From assembly GCF_036971445.1 (NCBI RefSeq), contig NC_091474.1:90582001-90646000 (forward strand): 64,000 bases of DNA, read 5' to 3'. Position 1 is the first letter of the stretch; each line of letters opens with the position of its first letter. This stretch comes from Narcine bancroftii. Taxonomy: Eukaryota. The position numbers and the translations under genes are program-made. A model generated the notes under the pieces. It was given only the letters and a program-made list of their open reading frames with translations, ran no database searches and was not told the origin of the DNA. Shown piece by piece: positions 12,861 to 25,095 of the stretch.

Positions 12861-14286
12861 ACACTTGTACATTTGCATTTGTAGTATCATTAAAATCATG
12901 TTGGAAAAATTACTTTTCATTTTTAAAACTGATCTTCACCATGAGATTAGGCAAAAAAATTATATGGTGCATTTTTATTACCTGATACCTGACCATAATG
13001 ATTATGTTCTTGTGAGATCTGCAGGGAAAGGCTCCATTCAAAAGAAAATATAAGAACTGACTGGATTATGTAATGAATGAGTACACTGAAATGCTTTTAT
13101 TGGGCATGAATTTTATATCAGTATATTTGACCATAAGTGTTTGGAAATATTTTTCTAATAAATGCTCTAAGAATCCTGGATCACTTCCAATCACAGCAAA
13201 CTCTTACCAAACTTGGCTGATTTCTTTCCCAAACTTTTTTTTTCCACTTTTCCTATTCTCGTTTTCATCTACCATGGATGTGTGCCTTCTCCCACATGCT
13301 GAATTCTAATTCCTTCTCCAGTCCAATATCTGGCAATCATTTAATTTTTTATTATTTTTATTTCCTTTATTTGTGGTCCTTAAAAAGGCAAATATTGTCT
13401 GGGCAAAACAATAGCAGCACGTTTAACGTAGCAGTTAGCGTAATGCTATTGCAGGGCCAGCCACCCAGGTTAGAATCCAGCGCTGTTGTAAGCATCCTTG
13501 ATGATCTCATATTTGCCGGCCAAAAAATTTCCATTATAATGGGGCAACAATCTTGGCATGTATGGTTCTACCAGCATTGGCAATGTGGCTGTGGCTTTAC
13601 CGTAATCATCGTCTGTATACCAGCTGCCTGGTCACGTGGCCTGGTCTGCTCACCAAAGTTCATCATAGGGATTACAAATCGGGAATGAGAGCAACCTGCT
13701 CAATTGGCTATCCACATTAGTGAACGTTTGTCTCTCTGTTGTCATGACTAGAGTCCTCACGTAGACAGTGAAGGGCATGAATGCATGGAAATACAGTCAC
13801 TTACTTCCAGGTGTCCTTCCAAAGTACTAATTCTGATGTACATCATGGGCCCATCAAGAATGCTGAGATAAAGGCCTGGGCCCATCAAGAATGCTGAGAT
13901 AAAGGCCTGGGCTCACCATGTGTTTGTTCTGGAAAAGGCCCTATCTCAGCCTTCTTGAGGGCAATTAGATTCTGTCCTGAAACTCGATCAATTCACCCAA
14001 TCTGGATTGGTTAGGATGTGATACCACTTCAAAGGAGCATCATTCAACTGTCGGATAGTATTAACTGTGCATTGCAAGCTATGGTTGATCTTTAAATGAA
14101 GGTGAAGGCTTCCCAGGTATACCACTGGATCATTGTTGTATAAGTTTTAATTTTAAGCCAATTCATCATGATGTACTAAAGTACTGTGAGAAGGATTCTT
14201 CTGCAAACAGATGAAAGGTCGTTAAAGTGGATCTATGGTTGCTTGAAGACAAACACAAATACAAATACAGGTGCACAAACTGATTA

Positions 14287-14881
14287 CACTGGGCAACAAT
14301 TTTTTTTCAAAAAGTTTGCTTTCTGACAATAAATTGGGGATTACGATAGACAATTTCAATCTGAACACAAAGATAATTTCAGATTTACTGCATCATGTAG
14401 GAAGCTGGAGAAACATTAAATGAACTTTTATTGAACTTGGCATGTTTAATCACATAATGACGCTAACACATTGCGTTAGTTCAACTGCCCTAAAAATGTT
14501 CTGCTGTTGATTTTCATTTGTACTCAGCATCTGATGCCTCTTATGTTGGCCAGCATTGATGGATTCCATTTGCCCTGATAATGTTTTTTCCATGGTCACA
14601 ATGTCCTGGTGAAACCATGTTTGTCACTGTCTATACCAAGATCAGCAGGGAAGACGTCCAAGTGCGAATGCAGAAAATGAATTTTCAATTACACGCTGCA
14701 CTTCCTGGCATTGTATGCATGAAGCATGTTAAAAATATGACAGGATATCACAAAAATAGATTCTATCTATAAAAAATAGAACATGGTAGGAAATCCTTAA
14801 AGTGATTTTAGTGATCAGCCATCCAAACTCTGTAAAATACACCCAAATGTGTTCAGGAAGTAAAATCTTCGTGGTCCAATA
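14287..14881 (-). mobile_element. Chapaev3-like DNA transposon derivative, copy 3
   Basis: Starts CACTGGGCAA after TTA, is colinear with copies 1 and 2, and has a degenerate right terminus. Confidence 0.6.
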
Positions 14882-15227
14882 TTTTCATCACTTTGCAAAG
14901 CATGAAAACTCCTTTACACCAAGAAGCACTGCCAAAAGCAGTTAGTCTCACCCCAAGAGGGTCTGCCTCGTAGCTTACAATCATGTATTGTATACCTTCA
15001 GACCCCTAGGTTTCCAGCATATTTGAACAGACTTCTCCATATGCTTTTGAATTCACTTGGGATTCATTAATCAGGGTATTTCCCTTACCCAATGGTTCCA
15101 GATGATAATAAGAAAGAATAGAATGTATCCAGCTTCAATCTTACAGTCAGAATTTTAAAACTTACATTCTCAAGGATATCTCCGACCCTCATATAGCTCT
15201 GAAAAGAAAACAATTTTCAGAGTCTAG

Positions 15228-15650
15228 GGTTAGATTCATATTTCAGATTTATTGTTAGAGTATATACATGACAACACATACAACCCTGAGATTCCTTTTT
15301 CCTGCAGGTGCAGCAGAATTACCACTAATTGGTAGTGCAAAAAATAAACTGTACACAGCATGAACAAGTAAACAAGAACTGTAAACAGATAACAAATGTT
15401 AACAAACTGACTATGCAATATGGAGAGAACAACGAAAATCAACAAAGTGACCAAGTAAGAGTCCTTAAAAAGAGTCCCTGACTGAGTTTGTTGCGGAGGA
15501 GTTTGATGTTGGAGAGGTAGCAGCTGTTCCTGAACCTGGTGATGTGAGCCCTGTGATACGTACACCTCTTTCCTGATGGCAGCAGCGAGAACAGGGGTTG
15601 TGCTGGGTGGTGTGGGTCTTTGACAATGTAAAGGAAGATCAATTTGCAAC
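15228..15650 (-). mobile_element. Rex1/Babar-like LINE 3-prime end
   Basis: KDPHHPAQPLFSLLPSGKR..TRFRNSCYLSNIKLL plus aataaatctgaaat tail; homologous to 31480-31670, 46340-46830 and 55935-56400. Confidence 0.7.
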
Positions 15651-16240
15651 AAGCAAGAGCAGTATGAGAGCACCATTGTGGGGTTCATTCAGGAGCCTGA
15701 TGACTGCAGAAAGAAATTGACTTAATGCATGCTTTAACAGTAAGCCTTCTCCTTCGGTGTGTCAGCAGCCTTTCCTGGGCAGCAGGAGATATAGCTGGAG
15801 TGCGTGGTGGGGCGGAACATTTGCTTTAATGTTCTGAGTTGCAGTCTGGAGGCAGAGCAGCTCCCCTACCACGCTGTGATGCATCTAACAAGTATCCTTT
15901 CAATGGCGCGCCTCTAGGAGTAGTTGTAGGTGGGACGAGGAGAACATGCCGAACTTACCCAACAAATACCTGCATGAAGCTCAAGTTGAAATGGAGATAA
16001 ATGTGGCTCTAGGTGGTGCAAAGAAGGAGGGAACATAACTGTAGCATGGCTTGGTATTTAACATAGAAATTGCCATTAGCTTGGCTTTAAAAAGAAGCAA
16101 GGAGCACGTTTGATGTGAGCACCTACTACGAAGAATTCCTTAGAACTGCTCGATTCCCTGTATAAGAAAGTAAAGGCAGCCTGTTCACCGTATCTTCTAG
16201 CTCCAAAGAAATGAATTATATTTTGAAGTATGTCTTTTAA

Positions 16241-16739
16241 CCCTTTGGACTCCCGGTTTTCAGCAACTAACCAACTAGCGCATATACTCCGTGTCCCCGC
16301 TTTCCAGGATTGGTTTTATACTCAACCATCAGCTGGTTCATACTACCATTAGTTTACCCATGGACCGAGTCCAGAGTATGTATTATGAAAGGTCCAAACC
16401 AGTGGTTCTCAACCTTTTTCTTTCCACTCACACACCACTTTAAGTAATCCCTATGCCATCGGTGGGATGTGAGTGGGAAGGGAAGGTTGAGAACCACTGC
16501 TCTAAACCCAATTGTTACTGAAATATTTTGCTTGAGAAAATTTGTCATTGGCCCATTTCCTTTGGAGTTAGAAAACCATGCACATAACAAGTCAATTAGG
16601 TACAATTAAAACAGTGGTTTTCAAACCTTTTCTTTCCACCTACATACCTTACTAATCATAGAGAACCTATGGCATAGAGATTACTTGAAGTGGTATATGA
16701 GTGGAAAGAATGAAGGTTGAGAACCACTGGTCCAAAGGG
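16241..16739. mobile_element. piggyBac-like MITE with a nested hAT MITE
   Basis: TTAA|CCCTTTGGAC at 16237-16250 and GTCCAAAGGG|TTTAA at 16730-16744. Confidence 0.55.
16400..16729. mobile_element. hAT (Charlie-like) composite MITE
   Basis: TIRs CAGTGGTTCTCAACCT / AGGTTGAGAACCACTG; 8-bp flanks gtccaaac / gtccaaag; internal extra termini at 16499 and 16612; relatives at ~28930-29085 and ~37000-37078. Confidence 0.75.
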
Positions 16740-16897
16740 TTTAAAGACGATACAATATTTTGAGGGGGGGTTATGGATATTTTTTCTCGGCGCCTTCATT
16801 TGTAAAGATTGGAAGCTGATAGATAATGCAATTACTTTTAAAGTTCTCCATTTAATTGGGTCAAATGATTGTGCGGAGGCCACTCGATGTCTTCATA

Positions 16898-17038
16898 NNN
16901 NNNNNNNNNNNNNNNNNNNNNNNNNNNNNNNNNNNNNNNNNNNNNNNNNNNNNNNNNNNNNNNNNNNNNNNNNNNNNNNNNNNNNNNNNNNNNNNNNNNN
17001 NNNNNNNNNNNNNNNNNNNNNNNNNNNNNNNNNNNNNN
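16898..17038. other. Run of N (141 bp)
   Basis: Undetermined or masked bases. Confidence 1.
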
Positions 17039-17689
17039 TTGTGTTCCGAGAGCACCCTCTGGAGGAAATGTGGCTGGAATGTGCATGGTTATCCAGAAAG
17101 GCACCCATCCAGCGAACTGCAGAAAATTCGCACTTCACTGCTCCCGAGACACTGTAGCGCTTACCTGAAATGTGCTCAGGAACTAGTGCCTGTGGCGTCA
17201 TTTGATCTGTTCTCTTCTTAGACTGTCCCTCTGGGTCGAGGTGGCTCACCTGGTCTTGTGGACTCTGGGGTGGCTGATTGGGCTGGGGGGTTACGCAGCC
17301 TCTTCCACGGATGGGGTAAGAGATGGCTGGCAGGGAGTGGGACAGGTTGGGAGAAGAGCAACCCTTCCCCTCCCCCACTTACCCAAGGGATTCCTTGCAT
17401 TCCCAATGGACCCAGTGTTCTCACTGTATTCCCAAAGGCTCCTCTTCTGAGTCGGAGCACAAAAGGGACTCGCAGGAGTTGGTGGGGGCATTGCCCCAGG
17501 GAGTGAAATCTATCCTTGAGCTTCTGCCCATCTGGTGATCTCCAGAGAGCTCGGAACACCTGCAACCTTTTGCATCCAACCTAGTCGGCAGAGTACATCC
17601 TTAGTGCTGCGGATGACTGCCTGGGGAAGGGCGTTGACACTGGTTCACTTCTCCTGTCCTGTGAATTCAGAGAACTTTACAATAATTGC

Positions 17690-18150
17690 TAGATAGAACA
17701 GCAAAGTACGGGCCCTTTGGCCAACGATGTTGACCTGTATATTCCTACCAAAATAATAAAACGAACCCCTTCTACCCTATTTCCCTCTATTTTTCTTTCA
17801 TTCTTGTGCCCGTCCAAGAGTCTCTTAAATGCCCCTAGCGTTCCAGCCTCCACTGTCATCTCTGTCAAGGCATTCCAGGCACCCATAACTCCCTGTGTAA
17901 AAAAAATTTACTCCCTAAACTTTCCTTCCTTCAATCTGGTGTTTGCTATTCAGATCCTTAGAAAAAGGTGTTGGCTGTCTACCTTATCTAGGCCTCTCAG
18001 AACCTTGTAGACCTCTATTAAGTCACCTCTCATCCTTCTTCACTCCAAAGAGAATAGTCCTTCCTCTGGTAGCCCTCCAGCATAAGACTTATTTTCCAAT
18101 CCAGACAACAAGCAGGTAAATCTCCTCTGCCCCCACTCCATAGCTTCCAC
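17690..18150 (-). mobile_element. CR1-like LINE 3-prime fragment
   Basis: GAWNALTEMTVEAGTLGAFKRLLDGH and tail; closely related copy at ~31690-32190. Confidence 0.75.
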
Positions 18151-18599
18151 TATGTCACAGTAGGCACATTATGTGCAATTGTTGTAACATTTGTAGATTT
18201 TCAATAACGATTTAGATCTCATTTTCAACAGGTAAAAGCAAAAAGTTCCAAGGATTTTAAAACTCTTGCCTCTGGTTAGAATTGAGAAATGATTGGCTCA
18301 ACCCATCCTGGGGAACTGCAAAACAGCTGCGTCAGCGCCATCCTGTGGTGATCTGTTGGGAAGGTTGAAATGCAGTATTATTTCACCCAAAATATATTTA
18401 TGCACTTACATTGAAAGGTGTTAAAACCCAGGTCTATCGTACATCCAAATATATCCACTCATGATGACATAAATTTCAATGTTATGAGAAATGTCATGCC
18501 TTAGATTTTGGAAGGAAGCATTTTTTTGAATGCTATATCACCTAATTTTCCCCTGCTGTATCAGTCGGATACAGTTAATGCTCTTTTATGTTTGACCCC

Positions 18600-19530
18600 C
18601 CCCCCCTCTCAGAACGGATTAAAATTGTGACCAGCCTTGACTGATAAATTTAAAAGGGTGTGGGACCAAGAGCTCCAAAAGTCTTTTCCTGCAGAGAGGT
18701 GGGAAAAGTTTCTTAAACTAGTTAATACCTCATCAATGTGAGCTCGACACGCCATATTCAATTTAAGGTAATACATAGAATGCGCATGTCCAAGGACAAG
18801 CTTGCCCATATTTTTCCTCATTTTGATCAGTGTAATTCACAAATGGCTTCATTGACCCATACGTTTTGATCCTGTCCAGCTCTGGAAAGATATTTTAAAG
18901 ATGCCTTTGGTACTCTTTCAGTAATTCTCGCAATTGATTTATAACCATATCCCTTAACTGTTCTTTTTGGAGTGTTAGGAACAGATGTAGGTCGTTGTCT
19001 GGCTTCTGCTCAGTAGCTTTTGCCACCCTGATGGCCAGGAGAACAATTCTTTTTATATGGAAGGACCCTCCGCCTGCTATAGTTCAATGGTTTTCTCAAA
19101 CCATGGCCTGTTTGAACTTGGAGAAAATTAGACGAGCTGCATTTGATTTTTTCTGTTAAATTTGAAGAAACTTGGTGCCCATTCATACAATATTTTCGTA
19201 TGATATAATTTCAGGCATTTTCTCTAATTTATTGTCCCTTCCTGATACCAGTAAGTTTCTCTCTCTTCTGGATGAGGACCAGGCTTCTTATGTTTGATGA
19301 ACGCTGATCCAAACCTTCCCAGTTTTTCTTTTTGTTTTTTTTTCTTTTAGATTAGAACAGGGCGTTTTACTATAAAGTGAATTTTTTTCCTTTGATTGAG
19401 TATGGGGAGATGAAGACACTATTGTTATTTACTGACTGACTGTTCTATATTGTAATATTTTCAATAATGTATCCTTATTCTCTCCACCTATTGTATGTTT
19501 TATATTAAAATCAATAAAGATTGAAAAAGA
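18600..19530 (+). mobile_element. L1-like LINE 3-prime end, degenerate
   Basis: Decayed ORF2 end (QFKVIHR.., C-x-x-ASLTHxFxSCP, ARRTILFIWK, WFSQTMACLNLEKIR), T-rich UTR, AATAAA and A-rich tail near 19510-19535. Confidence 0.7.
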
Positions 19531-20149
19531 AGAATGAAATGAAGGACAAGACTGTTGGTGTCACTTGCTTTGTTGTGGATAGTTCCAAAAAAACCCCAAG
19601 GATACATTATATTTTTAGGTGTTAAATACTTACGGTAAGCATTAAATATGTGTGTATGGTCCACAGTTAAAACTAATTTTACATTTCAAAGTTTAAAGAA
19701 CACTATATTTCATGAAGGCTAATTTGATTTGAAAACATCTCCAGAGTCATGTCACTGAACTACACTTATCCAAAGAGGTTGGGGGAAACAGGTCGTTTAC
19801 AAGTTCTGGTGTGCCAGAAATATGAATTTTTTTTCTGAAAAATATGTAATTTTGTGTTTTATGTTGGAAAGTTATAGGGAAGTAATGCATTATCTTGAAG
19901 TCTGTTGACTTTATTTTCCAAGCATTACACATTTCCAAAAATTGCAGAGAAAATGTAGTTTCCTGGTAATATCAGTGGTTACCACTGCTAATTCTTCAAT
20001 AACAGCACTGATCTTGTTTAACCACACAAATACGGCTGGAAATAACATTTTAATCACTTTGCAAAGCACGAGAACTCTGTTACAGCAAGAAGCACTACCA
20101 CAAGCAGCTAGTCTCACCCCAGGAGAGTCTGTCTCATGGCTCAGTTGCA

Positions 20150-20688
20150 TACTGCATGTGTGTAATAGTCTATACTATGTAAAGCTCAACTCTCTGTTTT
20201 TGGACAAAAAAGCTGGCATTGTCCATATATCACAGATAAAAGTTGACCCCCTTAATTTTGTCCTGTCTGCCCAATTTCCAGAGCTCCCAATACCCCATCT
20301 GTTGTCTCTCACCCAGGCCCCGGCTGCCCGCCCACCAGAGCACCCATTGCCCAACTGCAAACTCTCACCTCAACCACCTGCCCATCTGAGCTTCCAACCA
20401 TTGATCCTCACCTCGGCCACCCAACCACCCACCTAGCTGAGTTCCTGATGCCCCAACCATGGACTCTCACCTAGGCCCCAGGGGATTCCCTCATCCAAGC
20501 TCTCGACACCCCAAACACAGACATACCACCTGCTCCTGGCCACCCATCCACCTCTCTGATCTCCCAATGCCTCAAACAATGCAGGTATTTACCCCAATCA
20601 AAAGTAGTATGCTTGCAATAGTCGACCCCCTAAATTTTACCCTAAAATTGGTCCACAAAATTTGACTATTACACCTGTATTTATGGCA
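20150..20688. mobile_element. Tc2/pogo-like non-autonomous DNA element
   Basis: Termini gtgtaatagtc / gactattacac, subterminal aagttgacccc/gtcgacccc motifs, C-rich interior; homologous to 58904-59490. Confidence 0.5.
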
Positions 20689-20739
20689 TTTTTACAGATA
20701 TTTCCAGAACAGACTGCTCCATATGAGTACATTTCTCGG

Positions 20740-22000
20740 ATTTTTCGTATCTAAAAACTGTCTGTTGGAAAGATTAAATTTAGCAGATAATTGTTTGAAA
20801 GAGGCTAAATTATCTCTAATAAAGAGATTGTTAAACCTTTAAATACCCATTTTATACCATTCCTTGAAACCTACATCTAACAGTTATAATAGAACTAGCC
20901 AGTGAAAAACCATTAAGCCAAAAGAATTTCCTAAATTGAGCCCAAATTCTCAACTTATTTTGCATTAACAGATTATATGTCAATTTGGAAAAATGAAAAT
21001 GGTAAAAGGATCCTAAAATTGCCAACATAGAAGTTTTTTTGGAGAACTGCAATTCCATTTCTAGCCAAGAGGAGCGATTCACTGACATCCTAATGTAATA
21101 ATAAGAGTAAATTATGTACGTTAATCACCCAACTATACAATCTAATATCTGGAAGTGATAATCCTCCATTTAATGTGGTCTTTTGAAAATGGGCGTTATT
21201 TTATGTGGTTTTGCTTCCTGCCATATATAATCAGAAATAGCCGAAACCAGCAAGCTGAAAAAAGATTTGGGAATAAAAATTGGTAACACTTGAAAAAGAT
21301 GCAAAAAAATAAGTAAAAATAGTCATTTTAATCAAATTAATGCAACAGATAAGGGTGACCAACCCGATAATAATAGTTTCATCTTATTAAGTAACACCAA
21401 GAAATTCTCTTTCAATAGATTTTTATAAGTTTTTGTAATTGTAATTCCTAAATATTGGAAATTATCTTTCTCAATTTTAAATGGAAAATTGGAATAACCT
21501 GCAAAAGCACCTTTTGAGGGTAGAAATACACTCTTATGTAAATTTTATTTATAACCTGAAAACTGACTAAATTAATTAAATAAAATTAATACGTTTGGTA
21601 CAGCAATTTCAGGATTTGAAATAAAAAGCAGTAAATCATCCACATAAAGTGATACTTTATGTTCAATTCCTCCCTGACTATGCCATTAAATTCTCTACAC
21701 TGTTGGAGAGCCACAGCTAATGGTTCCAAAATTATATCAAAAAGCAAAAGACTTAAAGGACAACCCTGCTGTTTTCACCTCTTAAGATTAAACATTTCAG
21801 ATTGCTTAAGTTAGACCGAACTGATGTCTTAGGAAATAAATACAATAATTTAATCCATTTTTTGAAGTCTGGTCCAAAATTAAATTTACCTAGTGCAGCA
21901 AATAGATACACCCATTCCACCCAATCAAACACTTTTTAGCATCTAATGGAAGAAGGTAGATATAGAATATTCAATAACAAATATTATAAGAATGAGACAT
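20740..22000 (-). mobile_element. L1-like ORF2 reverse-transcriptase segment (inverted part of a 5-prime-inverted L1)
   Basis: Minus strand has decayed LDAKKxFDWVEW, QQGCPLSLLLFDI, HKVSLYVDDLLL, and FKQLSAKFNL at the left end. Confidence 0.75.
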
Positions 22001-23075
22001 TATCTGCAAATTTCCAAAACTAATATTCTTGATCTGGTTTTTTTTAATTTACAGTTTTATTTTCATAGTGGATTAATAAATCATGTATTTATAGGATTTA
22101 AAATCAGTCCCCATGTCTGGGATCAAGAACGATTGGGAATGAGATTTGAACATAACATTTTCAGATGAAGATCAATACTCTACTCTCAGTTTGATTAATG
22201 ATTCCTCATTTTGTGCAAGGCACTGCTTATTACAATTTAAGGTGGTCCACAGAACTCATACATCCAAACTTAAATTATATCAATGTATTCAGATATTGAT
22301 CCACTTTGTGAGAAATGTATAATTTTTGAAGCTTCTCTGATCCATATGTTTTGGGAGTCCCCAAATTTAGAGAGATTCTTGAAAGACATTTTCCAAACTT
22401 TATCAACAATTCTTAAGATTCATTTGGAACCTTGCCTGTTCATTTCTCTGTTGGTTTTTCTTGTGATTCAGATAAACCTATATTGGCATCTCAGGAAAAA
22501 GTCTTAGCTTTTACCATGTTGATAGCCAGACAAGGAATTTTATTGAAATGGAAAAGAAATTCATCCCCCACTCATACACAGTGGTTATATGACATATTTA
22601 GGAGTAGAGAAAATTAGATATAATATTAAAGATAGAAAGTTCCAATATATGCAATTGTGGGGGCCATTCTTAGAAAGTTTTTTATAATTAGACAATTACT
22701 CTATGTTCCCGTGATTCATCACCTGTTCTCCAGGGGTTGCTACATTAATGATTTTTAAAATTAATTATAAGGTAATCTTGATTAGAGGGAGGGGGTAGAT
22801 CAGATTTAGTTTTAGTTTTTAGGGTTTTTTTTCTTTTTCTTTTCTTTCTTTTATTTTATATGTTATTTCATCAAATAGGTTTAACATGGCCACGTGGATC
22901 ATTTAAATTGCACGTTTTTGAGGTATTATAAGCAATTATTGATGTAGTTTTATCTTTTTATGGCTTTTTTTCTTTTTGTGTGTGCTTATTCATATACAAA
23001 TGAATTATTATGGAATTGCAATTCTGTATATACGCTTATATGTTAAACTCAATAAGAAATATTTTATAAAGAAAT
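22000..23075 (+). mobile_element. L1-like ORF2 C-terminus and 3-prime UTR (sense part)
   Basis: CARHCLLQFKVVHRTH..DPLCEKC..ASLIHMFWESP..IARQGILLKWK, T-rich UTR, A-rich end near 23050-23075. Confidence 0.75.
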
Positions 23076-24349
23076 AATTTTCTTAGCATTCGGTAATCAG
23101 GATTGTGTGCCTTACCCAATGGTTAGTAATCTTTTACTGTCTGAGTCAAATGTGGAATTGTTCTTCATAATCAGCTTTAACCTTGCTGAATTATCAAACC
23201 ATCCTATGGAATGTTCTCTGCTATACTATCTGGGTTACTGCTTTAAAACTTACATTCTCAAAGTCATGTCATGAAAGCGCAACAAACCAACACCAGAGTT
23301 CAGCCAGGGTTTAGCTGGATTCCCATCTGCTATGAAAGATGAATATTTAATGAGACAATCATATTCAATATCGACTGTGACTTTTTTAAAAATTGATAAT
23401 TAAAAACCATTGTTACCTAACAGCTGAGATTAGGCTGTGCGGCCTTTCAAATGTATTGTGAGAACTAACACAGTGTGGACAAAAAAAACATCTGGCACTA
23501 TTTCACCCACACCAGCTTTGCCCATTTTGGATAAGCTCATTTTCTTCCAACGTGCCCCGTCTTTTCAAACCAATTACTGTATTCTCTGTTTTTTTTTAAT
23601 ATATTCCAATATTATGCAAAGTCTCTGTGTTCCGCAGCCACCAGTCACACGACTCTTTAGAACTGATAAACACTACTAAAGTATAAATAAACAAAAGTGA
23701 TGATTTAATTGAGGCAAAAGTCTTTGGAATTATGAAATCAGTTCTGAAGTTTTCACGCAAACGTGGTCAATTTCTATCTCGCACTAAAAATATTAAATAT
23801 TTGAAGAACTGCATTTAAAGCTAAAGCTGACTGCAGGCTGGTCGTCTGCACCCTGTCACTTTCTTCGTCATACTGACCCGATGAATAGGGCTAAAGTGAT
23901 AAGCAGCCTCTGTATCCCTGGTACAAGCACAGCCATTGGCTGAGCCAGATGATAAGACATGGCCATATGCTAGTCAGCAGAGTTAAAATGTTAATCGCAT
24001 ATTCCACGGGGATTAGTGTCACAACAGATTCCATTTATGTTATGTAGTGAGAAACATGGGCCGATTTAATTCTGTCCTTATAAAAGGCGATAGGAGGGCC
24101 AAAGGGGTTCTGTGATGCCTTCCCATTCAAAGGATCACTTCAAAATTTAAAGAAAATTAATATCGGAACAGCAGGGTCTTTGATAAGCTAATTCGGGTTC
24201 TGATTGCTGTTGCCTTTTAAGAGCTTAGGGAACATCAATCAATGAACAACTTCAACCTTTGCAATGAGCAAACCTCTCTTTGCACAAATTCAGGCAGAAC
24301 TTCCGTTTTGGACCCTGTGCACCTTTGAGATTCCTAACTAGAATTGGAC

Positions 24350-24970
24350 CTACCAAAATGACCTAGATGAAGAAGCTGAAGGATGGGTCAGTAAGTTTGT
24401 GGTTGATATGATAGTTGGAGGAGTTGTGGATCATGTTGAAGTTGTCGCAGGATATGGACAGGATGCAGCGTTGGGTGGGAAAGGGGCAGTTGGAGTTCAA
24501 TCCAGAGAATTACTCAACCATCTTTGAAGGTTGAGTACAGCATTAATGGTCGGATACTTAACAGCGTGGAGGAACCTTGGGATCCAAATCCATACATCTC
24601 TAAAGGTTGCTGCACAGGTTAATAGGATAGTTAAGAAGGCTTGGTGGGGGGGGGGGGGCGGGGGTGCTGAACATCATTAGTAGGGGGTATTGAGTTCAAG
24701 ATTCAAGAGGTCGTGTTACAACTCTACAAATCTTGGGTGAACCACACTTAGAGTATTGTGTTCAGTTCTGGTCACTTCATTACAGGAAGGATGTGGAAGC
24801 TATGGAGAGGGTGCAGAGGAGATTTACCAGGATGTCACCTGGATTGGAAACCAAGTCTCATGAGGCAAGGTTAGCAGAGCTTGGACTTGGATGAGAGGTG
24901 ACAAGATTCTGAGAGCCAGTGCCTTTTTTTTCCTCAGGGTAAGAATAGCAAACACCAGGGGACATCTGTT
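24350..24970 (+). mobile_element. CR1-like LINE RT/C-terminal fragment immediately upstream of RBP3
   Basis: Decayed VSKFxxD..DMDRMQRW..LEFNPE, LQLYKS..PHLEYCVQFWS..RKDVEAMERVQRRFTRM. Confidence 0.8.
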
Positions 24971-25044
24971 CTATGTTGCAGACGCTGGGAGACTAGATTT
25001 CTTTACGCAAGGCACTCCTTTGTATTATTTATAGGCAATGGCCT

Positions 25045-25095
25045 GCCTAATGAGATTACACGGTTAACAGAAATGAAGGCTTTAATCGGTCTCGT
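25045..25095 (+). promoter_or_regulatory. Candidate RBP3 proximal promoter with CRX/OTX (K50 homeodomain) core sites
   Basis: GATTA at 25054-25058 and TAATC at 25083-25087, about 110-140 bp before the ATG; photoreceptor RBP3 promoters are known to be CRX/OTX2 dependent. Confidence 0.45.

Noticed and set aside
13490-13640. Minus-strand open stretch (WYTDDDYGKATATLPMLVEPYMPRLLPHYNGNFLAGKYEIIKD) as a relic exon
   Set aside because: No recognisable homology, an upstream in-frame stop and no convincing splice sites
17039-17670. GC-rich segment with several overlapping ORFs next to an N run
   Set aside because: No recognisable domain; possibly a decayed Tx1/L1-type 3-prime end, but this cannot be supported
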